The notes beneath the pieces are model-generated. The model searched no databases, was not told the origin of the DNA, and worked only from the letters and a program-made list of their open reading frames with translations. DNA of 64,000 nucleotides from Eledone cirrhosa (lineage: Eukaryota): positions 7,827-71,826 of the forward strand of contig CAXHJY010001136.1 of the NCBI GenBank assembly GCA_964016885.1, read 5' to 3'. The translations under genes were made by a program, and so were the position numbers. How positions within the stretch are numbered: position 1 is the stretch's first letter; every line of letters starts with the position of its first letter. Below, in pieces: positions 1 to 11,560 of this stretch.

Positions 1-51
1 CACACATACACCTATATATATATATATGCATACACACATATATATGCACAC

Positions 52-91
<40 letters not shown>

Positions 92-1863
92 CCACACATA
101 TATATGCACACATATATACATATATATATACACACACATACAAAGAGAGTGAGAGTGATGGATTATTATACTTTCTGATGTTCATGTGTATGTATCCATA
201 TAATTTATTTCACATTTCGGCAGTCCACTCAGCTGTCGTACTTGTAATTCAATGGGACAACCTTGTCACAGGGATTCAACCTTGTCACGGGGATTCTCCC
301 TGAGAACTACATTAATTGTACTGTCTGTGGCATGCCGAGACATCGTCGTCGGAACCGATGGAGATCCACCACACACACACATATATATATATGTATATAT
401 ATTTGAGAGAGAGAGAGAACACTGTACATATTAAGAAGCGAAATCCTTACCCTAAAATTTGTTGGTACCTGAATCCAGTATCCAGTATGGTAAATGAAAT
501 TGTGTTTATATATATATAAAGAAAATGTTGTGTTTATGTAATCCAGAAGTGTTGCGGACAGTCTTCACCACTCACCACCACACGTGGGAGGGGGGGTTAA
601 AAAATGGGGCTAGCTAAAGCAGTTTTAACTGGCCCCATTTAACCTCAATATCCCATACTCCTTTTCAATCTCTCTTCCTTTTCGGATGTTCGATGTCTTG
701 TGATGAGTTAACGGTTGAATACCACCAGGAGATATTTATTATATAATAATAAAGGACGTCTTTGGTTTTCTTGTGTTGTTTTTTTTTTAATTGGGAGACC
801 CCTAGTCAGGGCCTCCGTTCAGTATAAATATGTATTCTCCGATAAATGCCGATCTGTTTGTCTACGAGAGAGAAGAAAAGCAATCAGTAAGCAATGCAAG
901 TCAATCCATGATAGAAAACATAAGTATTAGTAATACTTCCAGTTATTCTTAAAAAAATATGTGTATGGCTGTGTGGATAGCGATGTAGTGGCTTGTGTAT
1001 CAAACGACATGCTTTTTATAACATTGCAAACTGATGACATTGGCAAGTTTAAAAGATATATTTGCTTTCATGTGTATATGAGATGTGAGTGTGTTGAAGA
1101 AAAAAAACACTGACAGATGGGTATATATATATATATAATGTATGTATATATTCCTGTGTATGTATGTAGGTATGAACTGAAAAATGTTATTTACAACTGC
1201 TATGTCATTCGTCTTTTTGAATGTATAAATATATATTTATGTGTGTGTGCATATATATATATATATATTATTGTTACGGCCAAAGACAACTGTTATAAAG
1301 CTTAAGCTTATCAGCTTTATAACGTGCCGTTCTGTCCTGGCCTTCAAAACTTATCTGCTTCTGCTCGTGTCTCGCCAGCCGGGCTGAGTATTGTCGTAAA
1401 GAAGGGTGGGTATGGTAAGAGAAAGAGTGAGAGAAAAACAAGAAGAAAAGCCGGGCTTGAGTGTTGTCATGAAAGGGAGGGATATTGTTACAGAGAAAGA
1501 GTGGGAGTAAACAAGAGGGATGGGAAGAGTTTGTCAGTTTGTGTCTCTTACAAAATCTTAAGTGTGGTAGCGGCAACACCAGTTACAGTAGGAGTAAGAA
1601 TCCGAAGAGAAAATAAGGATAACACTGAGATAGAATGTAGCGAGAGGGTTAAAAAGAATAGATGAACGTGGGAATGGAATAAGAGAAGAATGAGGAGACG
1701 GAAGACTAGAAGCAGAAAGGACAGATAGAAAGAGAAGGCGAACAAGATAATATATTGAGAAAGAGTAAGGGAGAGAAGCAACAGTAGACTGAGGAAATCG
1801 TGAAATAGAATGAGAAAACAAAGAAAAACATGTATAATGTTGAGGTAAATATAGACTGAGGAG

Positions 1864-1916
<53 letters not shown>

Positions 1917-2475
1917 CTCAATCACGCTGCGCGACACCTTGGGCAAGTGTCTTCTTTTATATGTATGTGTGTATGTTTGTTGGTTTTTCCCACCTTATAA
2001 TACAATAGTAGCAAGAAATTGAAACTGAAAGTACGATTTGTTTAATTATCTGAAAGTGAAAAAAATGCTTATATATAATCATTAGAAAAAGCTCGATACA
2101 CAGACAGAATATCATGTAAAGATAGAAAGAAGAATACACACTACTCCAACCAGGTGAGCGACAATTATTTAGATGTAAACGGCGGAAAATGACGTGACTT
2201 TGCGCCTGCGCATAAGCAGACATTGGATTTATACCCGGTTTCGGTTATGTTTCTATGTCATTAAGCATGCGTTACGGGAAGTCAAGACAGATTTACGTTC
2301 ATATACCTATATATATAGAGAGAGAGAATAGGAAAAGAGTCAGGACCCCGGCGACTGAGCTCCAGCAGTTTCGACAGCTAGATTCGAACCGTTATGGTCC
2401 GCCTGGTATCTTACCACACCTTCTTTGTTATATATATGTAGATAGCTATATGAAAGTTTTTTTCTGAGTGTTCCT

Positions 2476-2520
2476 TATAATCTGAAGAAGGAAATGTTAA
2501 GTCCCGAAATATTAAGATCA
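2476..2520 (+). ncRNA. Degenerate minimal hammerhead ribozyme motif
   Basis: CTGAAGA-A-GGA(loop)TCC-C-GAAA-TAT-TA with palindromic AATATT stem III. Stem I pairs poorly. Confidence 0.45.
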
Positions 2521-3037
2521 AAGAAACAATAGCAACAAAATAAAACAAAACAAAGATTACCAGGACGCTTTTTCGTTACCTTCATCTTACCGACCATTTT
2601 GCATTGTTTTAGCCTTATATCACTTTCCACATTATATAGAATGCTTCAAGCAAACTACACGTTATATATATATATATATATACATACATGGTAGCTGCAA
2701 ACTCTGCTAAGAGTATTGCAATCGCTTGTCAGATTACAGAAAATGGTGCACCTTTAGGCTACGGCCAGCCACACGAACCTGTAATAGATCCTGAACAAGC
2801 AATGCCTGTGCTTTGAAGGTTTTTTTAAGTGGAGAAAGGCCTTGCACACGACCAATCCCACTCTCTGAGCATCGAAAACACTACCCGAAAAGGAGAACTT
2901 GTCAACATCTTCGGATGCTTCCGAAGCCGCAGGGTTTTTTTTTTTTTTTTCAGATTTTACCTCTCCTAGAAAGGTGTTGTGACAACAACTGGAGGTCTTT
3001 CACTCGCAGGTGGGAAAAAAAAATACTATCTGGATGG

Positions 3038-3200
3038 CCGTTGACTCTGTTGAGTTACGCCGCTCTTTCCCGGGTCTTGTATTTCATCCCGCAGGGTGTC
3101 CAAATATCACCCTCCTCACCAATCGAGCGTGGTAGGGTTGCTGGTTTAGTCGCCGACGACCCGACCATGAAATATTGTCAGGTCGCTCTCGAGTGCTACT
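3038..3200 (-). mobile_element. Structured 5' UTR-like segment of an R4/Dong-like LINE
   Basis: Clearly similar to 47940-48068, which lies upstream of an R4/Dong-like ORF on the minus strand. Confidence 0.5.
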
Positions 3201-3431
3201 GGTAACATGTAATCCAGTACAACATACATACATACAAACAATCTTGGGACCACACGCCAAGATTCCATGAACAGAGATCGCGATAGCATCCTCCAATAGG
3301 ATTATGCTAATCACGTCTCTTTCAACGTCATCGCACCTCACCCTCCTTAAGTATACAACTGGAGCCTATCTGATCACTCCAAATACTAGTCCTCGCAATC
3401 ACCGACGGTCATTCGTGGCGAACATTTACAG

Positions 3432-3756
3432 CAGAGGTTCTCAAACGTTTTGGGCCACTTCGAGGCCATGAAATACCCTCAGCGCCCGACTCTTATTTAC
3501 AGAGAGACTTGCCTACACGCAAATTGTAAATAATGTATAATAAATAAAATCGTTAATTTATCAATAAAAAATAATATATGTACTATGCATAAATAAATAT
3601 CATACTTTTTATTTTACTATATTTATATATAATATGTATCATTTGATATTTGATATACTATTATATCATCTCTAGCAAATCCTTATGTCTCTCTGCGCCC
3701 CCCTGGATCTTCTCAACGCCCCACGGGATTGGTAGCGCCCACTTTGAGAACCTCAG
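3432..3756. mobile_element. hAT-like MITE
   Basis: TIRs CAGAGGTTCTCAAA / TTTGAGAACCTCAG, AT-rich non-coding interior, degenerate TSD. Confidence 0.65.
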
Positions 3757-4071
3757 ATCTACGTCGTATCTAGTACAATATTTCAGCAATTGGCACTTCT
3801 TTTCAGAGCTAGAAAATGAATGACGCTCGTGACAATGCTGCAGTATCTCACATTGATTTTCAAGATTGCATCCAGAGAAAAGCCTCTCAATTAATCAGTA
3901 CAAAGTTACTCACAGACATTAACTAATCTCTGGCACACAGACGTGCTACCTCCTCCCTCCGCCTCTTTTATCCCAACTATAATGGCCTCAGTTCCATCAG
4001 AGCTTGTTAGTCTCGTGCCACCACCTTACAGGCAATCCCTACTTATTCGCCTGTCATCCTCTAACAATTAT

Positions 4072-4253
4072 TGTTTCTACTTTGGGCACAAGACCAGCAA
4101 TTACCTCAGTGCATTACTGGTGCTTTATTTTATCGACCCTGTAAGGATGAAAGGCAAAGTTAACCTCGGCGGGATTTGAACTGAGAACGTTAAGGACTAT
4201 AACGTTGCAAAGCTGGTGTCTGACGCTCTATCGATACTGCCAATCCACTGCCC
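4072..4253 (-). mobile_element. tRNA-derived SINE (Deu/Nin-type core), full length
   Basis: A box TGGCAGTATCG, B box GTTCAAATCC and core GCCTTTCATCCTTACAGGGTCGATAAAATAAAG. TSD TAACAATTAT at 4062-4071 and 4254-4263. Confidence 0.85.
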
Positions 4254-4311
4254 TAACAATTATGTCCAGTCATTTCTGTTTAGAACGTTGACCAGCTGAA
4301 ATGCCCTGCAT

Positions 4312-4614
4312 CAGTGATTCCCAACCTTTTATGCCCCGTGCCCCACCTTATCATCTCAAACATTTTAATGCCCCACTTTGATATAAACACAGCAATGATC
4401 AACTACAAAGTGTAAATAAATTGGTGTATGGGTGATGCCAGATGCACATTAACATGTGTGGAGGAGGTGAGACAGGAGTTCCCGACAATAATTTGTTCCA
4501 AAGTTGCCTTGGTGTAAAGGTAATAAGGTAAAACCTGAAGTTTGCTCTCATTAACATCATTTTCAAATTGCCCCCCTTCAATATTCAAATTGCGCTCCAC
4601 GTTGGGAATTACTG
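4312..4614. mobile_element. hAT (Charlie-like) MITE
   Basis: TIRs CAGTGATTCCCAAC / GTTGGGAATTACTG, with 8-bp TSD CCCTGCAT / CCCTACAT. Confidence 0.8.
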
Positions 4615-4961
4615 CCCTACATGTTCTTGTCTTTCGATTTGTAACAGTTTAAGTAAAACATTAACGGCATCACTCCAGTCTCGGTGGATTTGTGAAGGCC
4701 ATGGTTATTACACCAACTTCTAGTCATTAGTCATGCCAACAAAAACGATAAATGTACACGTATGTGTGTACATATACACAAAAAGAAATAGAGAGCGTGA
4801 GACTATTTGAGTGGGAGTGTAAATCAAGGTAGGGAAGGTAAATAATAATAGAATAGAACTAGAGAAAGCGAGACAATAAAAGATAGTTGAATAAAATTAC
4901 AGTTAAACATTTCCAAGGACATGATATATTTTATATAGACCCATACATATTTATATATATA

Positions 4962-5038
4962 CAGGGTGTCCCAAAAAACGTATACACACTTCTGTTAGAA
5001 TGCTGTTGAAGTGTGTATGCATTTAGGGGGACACGCTA
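4962..5038. mobile_element. Tiny Tc1/mariner-like MITE
   Basis: ~30-bp imperfect TIRs starting CAGGGTGTCCC, flanked by TA. Confidence 0.6.
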
Positions 5039-5053
5039 TATATATATATAAAT

Positions 5054-5100
5054 GGCTTCTACAGAACTAGAACTATTTCATTCGAAGGAAATCATCAGGG
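5054..5100 (-). ncRNA. Hammerhead ribozyme motif (inverted arm of fold-back)
   Basis: Reverse complement reads CTGATGA-T-TTC-CTTC-GAA-T-GAA-ATAG-TTCTAGTT-CTGT-A|GAAGCC. The 5' strand of stem I is truncated. Confidence 0.6.
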
Positions 5101-5150
5101 CTTTGCTGATGATTTCCTTCGTATGAAACAATTCTAGTTCTGTAGAAGCC
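5099..5150 (+). ncRNA. Type I hammerhead ribozyme motif
   Basis: GGCTTTG-CTGATGA-TTTCCTTCGTAT-GAA-ACAA...CTGT-A|GAAGCC. Same family as 20441-20488, with some mismatches. Confidence 0.6.
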
Positions 5151-5424
5151 ATTTATATATTAAATATTTATACCTTGCTATGTATCGAGTACCTTACTTA
5201 CTGTGGTTACCCCCGATTGAACTCGGGACGGACACACACACACACACATATATATATATTAGCTAACAGTATCACTAACAGACCGTAAATCATAATAGTC
5301 GTTTAGGAAATCATATACAATAAGTAAACATTGGGTAAACACATACAGATTTTGTTATGGGTATTTTAATCTGTGATTATGTGATTATGTGTTACAGCGA
5401 CTTCAGTAGCCACGTGTGAACTCC

Positions 5425-5468
5425 AAACATGAGTATTTCAGGATGTTTATCCTTCTTCAGTGACGTTT
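5425..5468 (-). ncRNA. Degenerate minimal hammerhead motif
   Basis: CTGAAGA-A-GGAT-AAAC-ATCC-T-GAAA-TAC-TC. Stem I AAACGT/ATGTTT is offset by 2 nt. Confidence 0.5.
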
Positions 5469-5483
5469 ACTCACTCTATTAAT

Positions 5484-5514
<31 letters not shown>

Positions 5515-5551
5515 AGTAACTTAATTTTATAATTTTCTTATCTTACGTCTC

Positions 5552-5666
<115 letters not shown>

Positions 5667-5682
5667 TATATATATATTATTA

Positions 5683-5845
5683 TTGTCCTGGGTATGACAT
5701 TAAACTACATCCAGTGGCAAGGCTCGAGTTCGGGAGTTCAGGAGATGTGGGGAGCGTGGAGTTACCCCTTAGTTATCATAACTCCCAGGTCTGCTCTGGC
5801 CCGGAGTAGTAGTACCTGTTAAGGCCCCGTTTATGGGTTAAATAT
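5683..5845 (+). mobile_element. Fragment of an abundant cephalopod SINE-like repeat
   Basis: TGTCCTGGGTATGACATTAAAC...CTCCCAGGTCTGCTCTGGCCCGGAGTAGTAGTACCTG resembles an Octopus repeat as recalled from memory. Not checked against a library. Confidence 0.45.
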
Positions 5846-6025
5846 TTACCTTATTCGAGTAGCGCCGGTAAGGTATTATCAGCCATTGAAAAGCACCCTA
5901 GACATATATATTATATATATATATATAGTGGTAGAACACTGGAAGGTAATATCCGTAGTGGTAGAGCACTCAGTCCATGGGACGAGTTAGGTAGAAGTGG
6001 TTACACAACAGTTAGTTCACCATAC

Positions 6026-6062
6026 CGAGAACAATTGTTTCACCTTAGCAGATCCTCAGCTC
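6026..6062 (-). ncRNA. Minimal type I hammerhead ribozyme (left arm of fold-back)
   Basis: Reverse complement reads GAG-CTGAGGA-TCTGCTAAGGT-GAA-ACAATTGT-T|CTC. Confidence 0.7.
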
Positions 6063-6132
6063 TTAATGGACATGGTTATACGGAATAACCATGTCCATTA
6101 CGTATAACCATTCCGTATAACCATGTTCATTG

Positions 6133-6170
6133 CGAGCTGAGGATCCGCTAAGGTGAAACAATTGTTCTCG
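6133..6170 (+). ncRNA. Minimal type I hammerhead ribozyme (right arm of fold-back)
   Basis: CGAG-CTGAGGA-TCCGCTAAGGT-GAA-ACAATTGT-T|CTCG. Stem I is CGAG/CTCG and stem III is a palindrome. Confidence 0.75.
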
Positions 6171-6198
6171 GTATGGTGAACTAACTGTTGTGTAGCCA

Positions 6199-6264
<66 letters not shown>

Positions 6265-6342
6265 ATAAGCAGAACAAGCAAAATTCAACCAATTTTTTAA
6301 AATAAATTAAAAAATATAATTTAAATATTTACCTATTCTTTT

Positions 6343-6425
6343 GGCCCTGACCGATCGGTTTCGCTTTGTAAAACACCAGAAATCCAATGGATTTCTAATG
6401 GAAAATCAAAGTTCATCAGAGAAGC
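6343..6425 (-). ncRNA. Type I hammerhead ribozyme with extended stem II
   Basis: GCTTCT-CTGATGA-A-CTTTG...CATTAGAAATCCA/TGGATTTCTGGTG...CAAAG-C-GAA-ACCGATCGGT-C|AGGGC, with a GUC cleavage triplet. Confidence 0.8.
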
Positions 6426-6856
6426 ATTTTCCTTTCCTAGGGCTAAAGACCCAGGAACGATAAAATATATTGTTATCCGCCAGCTAGCACGGATCTAATA
6501 AGGTCGAAAAATGACCCGTACGTGAACTGCCCGAGGTAAAAGCGGGAAAACCATAGACGCGTTGTCTATCTCGTTACTAAAAATAGCAGCTAAATAGAAA
6601 CAACAGATTTGTTCTCTACATAACGGAGAAATAATAGAAGTTAATATACCCAAGGATACTAAGTACCCCTGGAAATATATAGGTTGTCTATGATTTAAGG
6701 TTGTTCTATGGTATTAATTTGACATGCCAGAACTATAATATTAAGATAAGCAGAACAAGCAAAATTCAACCAATTTTTTAAAATAAATATATATATATAT
6801 TATATTATATTATATTATATTATATTATATTATATTATATTACATTATATTATATA

Positions 6857-6950
6857 TTGACTTTGCCTTTCATCCTTACGGGGTCGATAAAATAAAGTAC
6901 CAGTAATGCACTGGGTAATTGCTGGCCTTGTGCCTAAAGTAAAAACAATT
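6857..6950 (+). mobile_element. 5'-truncated tRNA-derived SINE
   Basis: Core and 3' tail match 16892-17085. Confidence 0.8.
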
Positions 6951-7000
6951 ATATTATATATATATTATATATATATATTATATATATATTATATATATAT

Positions 7001-7034
<34 letters not shown>

Positions 7035-7047
7035 ATTATATATATAT

Positions 7048-7081
<34 letters not shown>

Positions 7082-7102
7082 ATTATATATATATATATTA
7101 TA

Positions 7103-7167
<65 letters not shown>

Positions 7168-7185
7168 ATATATATCATATATATG

Positions 7186-7227
<42 letters not shown>
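6950..7227. repeat. Long imperfect (TA)n microsatellite (one of dozens in the window)
   Basis: Direct inspection. Confidence 0.95.
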
Positions 7228-7231
<4 letters not shown>

Positions 7232-7400
7232 ATACTTTGGGAGGGTCATGTTGCCAATAAGAAACACACGCACCAGTTGCTTTCACTTCAATTTATTATA
7301 TATTTATAAATTTATAAATTTACAAATCTACAAGCTTATAAATTTCTGGTTTCAACACACGATTTCAGATAAAGAATCTTGCTAAACAAATTCAGAAACG

Positions 7401-7463
<63 letters not shown>

Positions 7464-7467
<4 letters not shown>

Positions 7468-7527
7468 AAGGGCGGTGTCCCAGCATGGCTTCAGCCGGAT
7501 GGCTGGAACAGGTAAAAGAGTAAAAGA

Positions 7528-7529
<2 letters not shown>
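7464..7529 (+). mobile_element. 3' tail fragment of a SINE/LINE within (TA)n
   Basis: AAGGGCGGTGTCCCAGCATGG stem-loop followed by a (TAAAAGAG)2 tail. Resembles recalled cephalopod SINE tails. Confidence 0.5.
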
Positions 7530-7584
<55 letters not shown>

Positions 7585-7849
7585 GAGACAGAGAGGGGGA
7601 GGGGAGAGACAGGGAGATAGAGACAGAGATTGAAAAAGATAATGTAGGAAACCCAGATGCTGAAAATAACTGTAAATAGAATCGGTTGCTATAAATAGCT
7701 GGCCACTTTATCCGTCTATAAGAGGTTTTTATCCAATTTTCTAAGGTATTTATAGCAACCTGGTGCATTTACAGTTATTTTCTGCGTTTGAGTTTCCTAG
7801 ATTTTCTATGAACTCCATAATCCCCCAGCGCTGCGAATGTGATGATGGG

Positions 7850-8830
7850 AAACTGGCTGCGTCAAGTTTCCTTTCGATGTCTACATATAAAGCGGCGTGC
7901 CTAGGAAAGATACCTGCACTGTGCCGACAAGAGAGTGGATGTAGTCCGAACTCTTCGACCATAGCTCCGCAACATCATTTGTCTGGCTGACGCTCTCGGA
8001 AACAATAGCAATGGGCCATTTCAATGCGCGAGGACTCATCATCAATAAGAGTACAGGTTCATAAGGAGGACATCTAATTGAGCCACGCGCCACTGTTTGG
8101 TTGCGTGGCAGAATGGAATCAGGAGAGACGGTGTTGGTTCAAGGAAATCTCGATCCGTACGAAGGTTGATCTGCATTTGATGTCGTTCCAGTTGTGTTGG
8201 TATCCTGCATACTGGGGAACAGCGAGGTCATCGTCAAGACAAATGGCCTGAGCTGACTTGAATTCCCGGCCCACATTTAGTTCTGATGTCTTGAAGCGAA
8301 CCCATGAGAATGCAGCTGGTGATGATGAAAGATAAGTGTGCCGACAGTGCAAGGCCAGAAGTTACTCGAACCATCGAACCTCACGAAGAGTTTCGCCTCT
8401 TACCGTCGAAACTAACGTTAGAGATGAGTTCAGTGCAGTTACGGGCGTGGTATTTAGTTTGTTGGGGAGGTCAGCATGGAGGTGATACGGCGTACTGCAC
8501 CGCGTAAAGAGAAGTTTTGTGAGTGCGAAACAGTTACTCAAGAGAAGAGTGCTGGATGCGCATCGATGAGGTGTAATCTGTCTGTTATCCTCAGCAGGTC
8601 AGCTTTGTCTCCAAGCACGCGCGCATGGAGTTCGAAATGATTGGAGAGCCGAGAATGTAAGCATCGTCCTCTCGGGTTAGGTTTGACTCGGTCAGAAAGG
8701 GCTGAATGCTAAGTACGGCGTCAATATATTAAGTTTCGCCGTAGTTCACTTTTATCACCGCAAACTTGGACGAGTTAATCTCGATATGGCTGGGATGATA
8801 TTCTGAAGGGTCGTCAACGACAAATTTCGA
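7850..8830 (-). mobile_element. Decayed CRE-like non-LTR retrotransposon (post-RT region and zinc finger)
   Basis: Frameshifted peptides RLHLIDAHPALF..SNCFALTKLL and GLHPLSCRHSAGIFPRHAAL, typical of CRE-clade REL elements. Confidence 0.65.
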
Positions 8831-8869
8831 TTTTCAGCATCCATAATTGTCATTCCTTCCTTTTCAGAG

Positions 8870-10030
8870 CAGTCTATCAAGAGTCTTGAGGAGTTCTCTG
8901 ATAAATTTTGCTCTCATTCAATAATCTAAGATTGACCTTGAAGCCTTGCTTATCAAGATTGACAAATCAAGCATGTCCGGCAGATTCAAAGCCTGGTTTT
9001 AAGAACACATTATCTTGCCTCGAATTGTGTGGCCTCTGTGGGTTTTCACAGTTCCTTTAACAACATTGAAGTCTCATGAAAGGAAAATCAGCATCTTTCT
9101 CCGCAGGTAACTGGGCTCTCCTCACTGCCTCAGCAGTGCAGCATTATGCAGTACTAGTATCATCTTGCAGCTCCCATTCAGTGTCCTCACAGAAGAGTCT
9201 GGTAGCACAAGCAAGTCACGAACTGCAGTGCAGAGATTCTAGGTATCAAAATGATACGTCAGCTGGCATCAAGGTGAGGACAGACAAAAAATTGAGAGTG
9301 GAGAGGATGGTGCAAGTATAAGAGTCACACTTATGGCAAAAAGAGCTGATTGGTATTATTCCCGCTGGCATAGCGGGCATGGGATTCTTCTCAAAAACCC
9401 AGACTGGAAAGGTCCATGCAGTGAAATACATCATCTTATCCAGGAAGAGGTTCGAGCAGGCGTAGTGAAAGTGAGAGAGAACAGAAGCAGAGGGCTCAAA
9501 CACCAAAGAGCATGGACCGGGTGGGAGGGTGTGCTGCAATGCAAGATCACCTGATCTAACAGCATGCAAGCAGACTTCCATCGTATTTGGTTCCTTGTCC
9601 TAGCAGTCTACAATGCCAAAGAAAACCCACCTGGAGCAAGTGCAAGACACCTTCTTGTCATTCTGCTCAGGAAAGGGTTCTTTAAATTAGAACATCTCAG
9701 TAGCTGCTAAAAGGCTCTTAGAGAGGACCGCTACTGTTGGCACCATGGGGCTGGTGCTTAAGTCAGTTGCTGGAACTGAGCCATTGCTATCGGCACCAGG
9801 AAGCATTACCATGCCCCAAATAAATCGCTTTCTTTTATAAAAGCCGGAAGGAAACCCTGTTCACAACAAAGAACAAGGACAGGTCTCCTTATACGGCCTC
9901 TGGCAACTACACGTCGATCTGGGTAAGCAGTTGAAGTTTCCACAACACATAATACTAACGTTGTTCTGGCCAGACAAGACGACTACATAAAAATAGACAA
10001 AACAATTAATAATGCTGACACAGTAATCTG
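8870..10030 (+). mobile_element. Decayed HERO-like non-LTR retrotransposon, 3' half
   Basis: IDKSSMSGRFKAWF..ILPRIVWPL, LQLPFS, SAGIKVRT, a CxxC zinc finger and WQLHVDLGKQLKFPQHI..PD, with many stops and frameshifts. Confidence 0.75.
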
Positions 10031-10213
10031 AGAAGATTAGTTAACACGGTACTCAGAAGTATCGAAGAGTAGAACCATTCAATCCGTGAACGAACCCAGA
10101 GAAAGAGAGAGAGGGGCGAGGGGTGAAATAATTTAAGGAGGAACTAGAAACTCGTTTCGTTCTATTGTAGATTTAATCCAATTTACACCATATGTGTTGT
10201 TCCGACGTGTTAC

Positions 10214-10304
<91 letters not shown>

Positions 10305-10465
10305 GATAGAGAGAGAGAAAGCCGGGGTACGTTGTATATGTATTAAGAAAAAACAGAAATAAACTTAAACAACTAAGAGGTTTTCTTAACCACGTTACCT
10401 CGATTTTGTATCGTCATCATCTCTTTTCTATTTCATTTGAAGCGTTGTTATTTATTATTTCACAT

Positions 10466-10512
<47 letters not shown>

Positions 10513-10540
10513 AGAGAGAGATGGGGGGAGAAAGAGAATA

Positions 10541-10733
10541 ATAATTGTTTCTACTTTTTGCACAAGGCCGGAAATTACCCCAGTGTATTACTGGTACTTT
10601 ATTTTATCGACCCCTTAAGGATGAAAGGCAAAGTTAACCTCGGAGGTTTTTAAACTCAGAAGTAAAGGGCCATAACTCTGTGTTGCAATGGCATGATGAC
10701 TGACGCTCTACCGATACTGGCAATCCACCGCCC
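10541..10733 (-). mobile_element. tRNA-derived SINE, full length
   Basis: Same head, core and tail as 4072-4253. Confidence 0.85.
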
Positions 10734-10842
10734 TAGCGAGAATAATAATAATAACTCGCAACACTAAATTTTCCTTATATATATATATATATATATAGTG
10801 ACGAAACATAAGTCAATTGCATGAACTCATAATCCTTTATTT

Positions 10843-10898
10843 ACTGCTATATATATTTCGATGATAGCTATTGAATGGCTATGACCTCATCAGGCAGT
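10843..10898 (-). ncRNA. Type I hammerhead ribozyme
   Basis: ACTGC-CTGATGA-GGTCATAGCCA(TTCAA)TAGCTATCATC-GAA-ATATATAT-A|GCAGT, with a perfect 5-bp stem I. Confidence 0.85.
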
Positions 10899-10973
10899 TA
10901 GTCAGTTCTTAGATATGCCAGCTCTGTGTTTATAGTGTTGATGGTATCAGAGGATATATCTTCGTTGAGTGCT

Positions 10974-11055
<82 letters not shown>

Positions 11056-11560
11056 ATAATAATAAATTTGAAGACTAAAATCCAAAGAGGGCTCGATAAG
11101 GATAAATATACGTATATTTGATTGTTTATGTTATGGCGTATATTTTATATATTCTGGTACATATGCTTTTGGTTATGTGTATACGTGAGTTTTGCGCCTG
11201 TGTGAGTATGCGGGTTCGTACGTATGTAGGGTGTGTGTATATGTGTACTTCGTGTTTTGGTTGACGTACGTCTCCGAACATTTGTGTATTTACATGTAGG
11301 TATGTGTGTGCGCTTGTTATATACGTATTTATTTATTTATATACGTTTATTTAATTATTTGTATACACACACACACACACACACACACATATTTATATGT
11401 GCGTGTATTTGTATACCTATGGCGAGTGTTTTCGCGTATGCTTGTGTATGTACGTTAATGGATGCGTGTATGTATTTATTTAATTTCAATTACTTCTGTA
11501 TTTTATTTACTTTATTCTTAACTCTGAAGCGGAGAATCATTCGGTTTCCTAGTTAGAATT

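Noticed and set aside
6906-7385. Long YI/CV/HT/MY-repeat ORFs (also 23830-24856, 54120-55001 and others)
   Set aside because: Translations of stop-free microsatellites, with no coding evidence.
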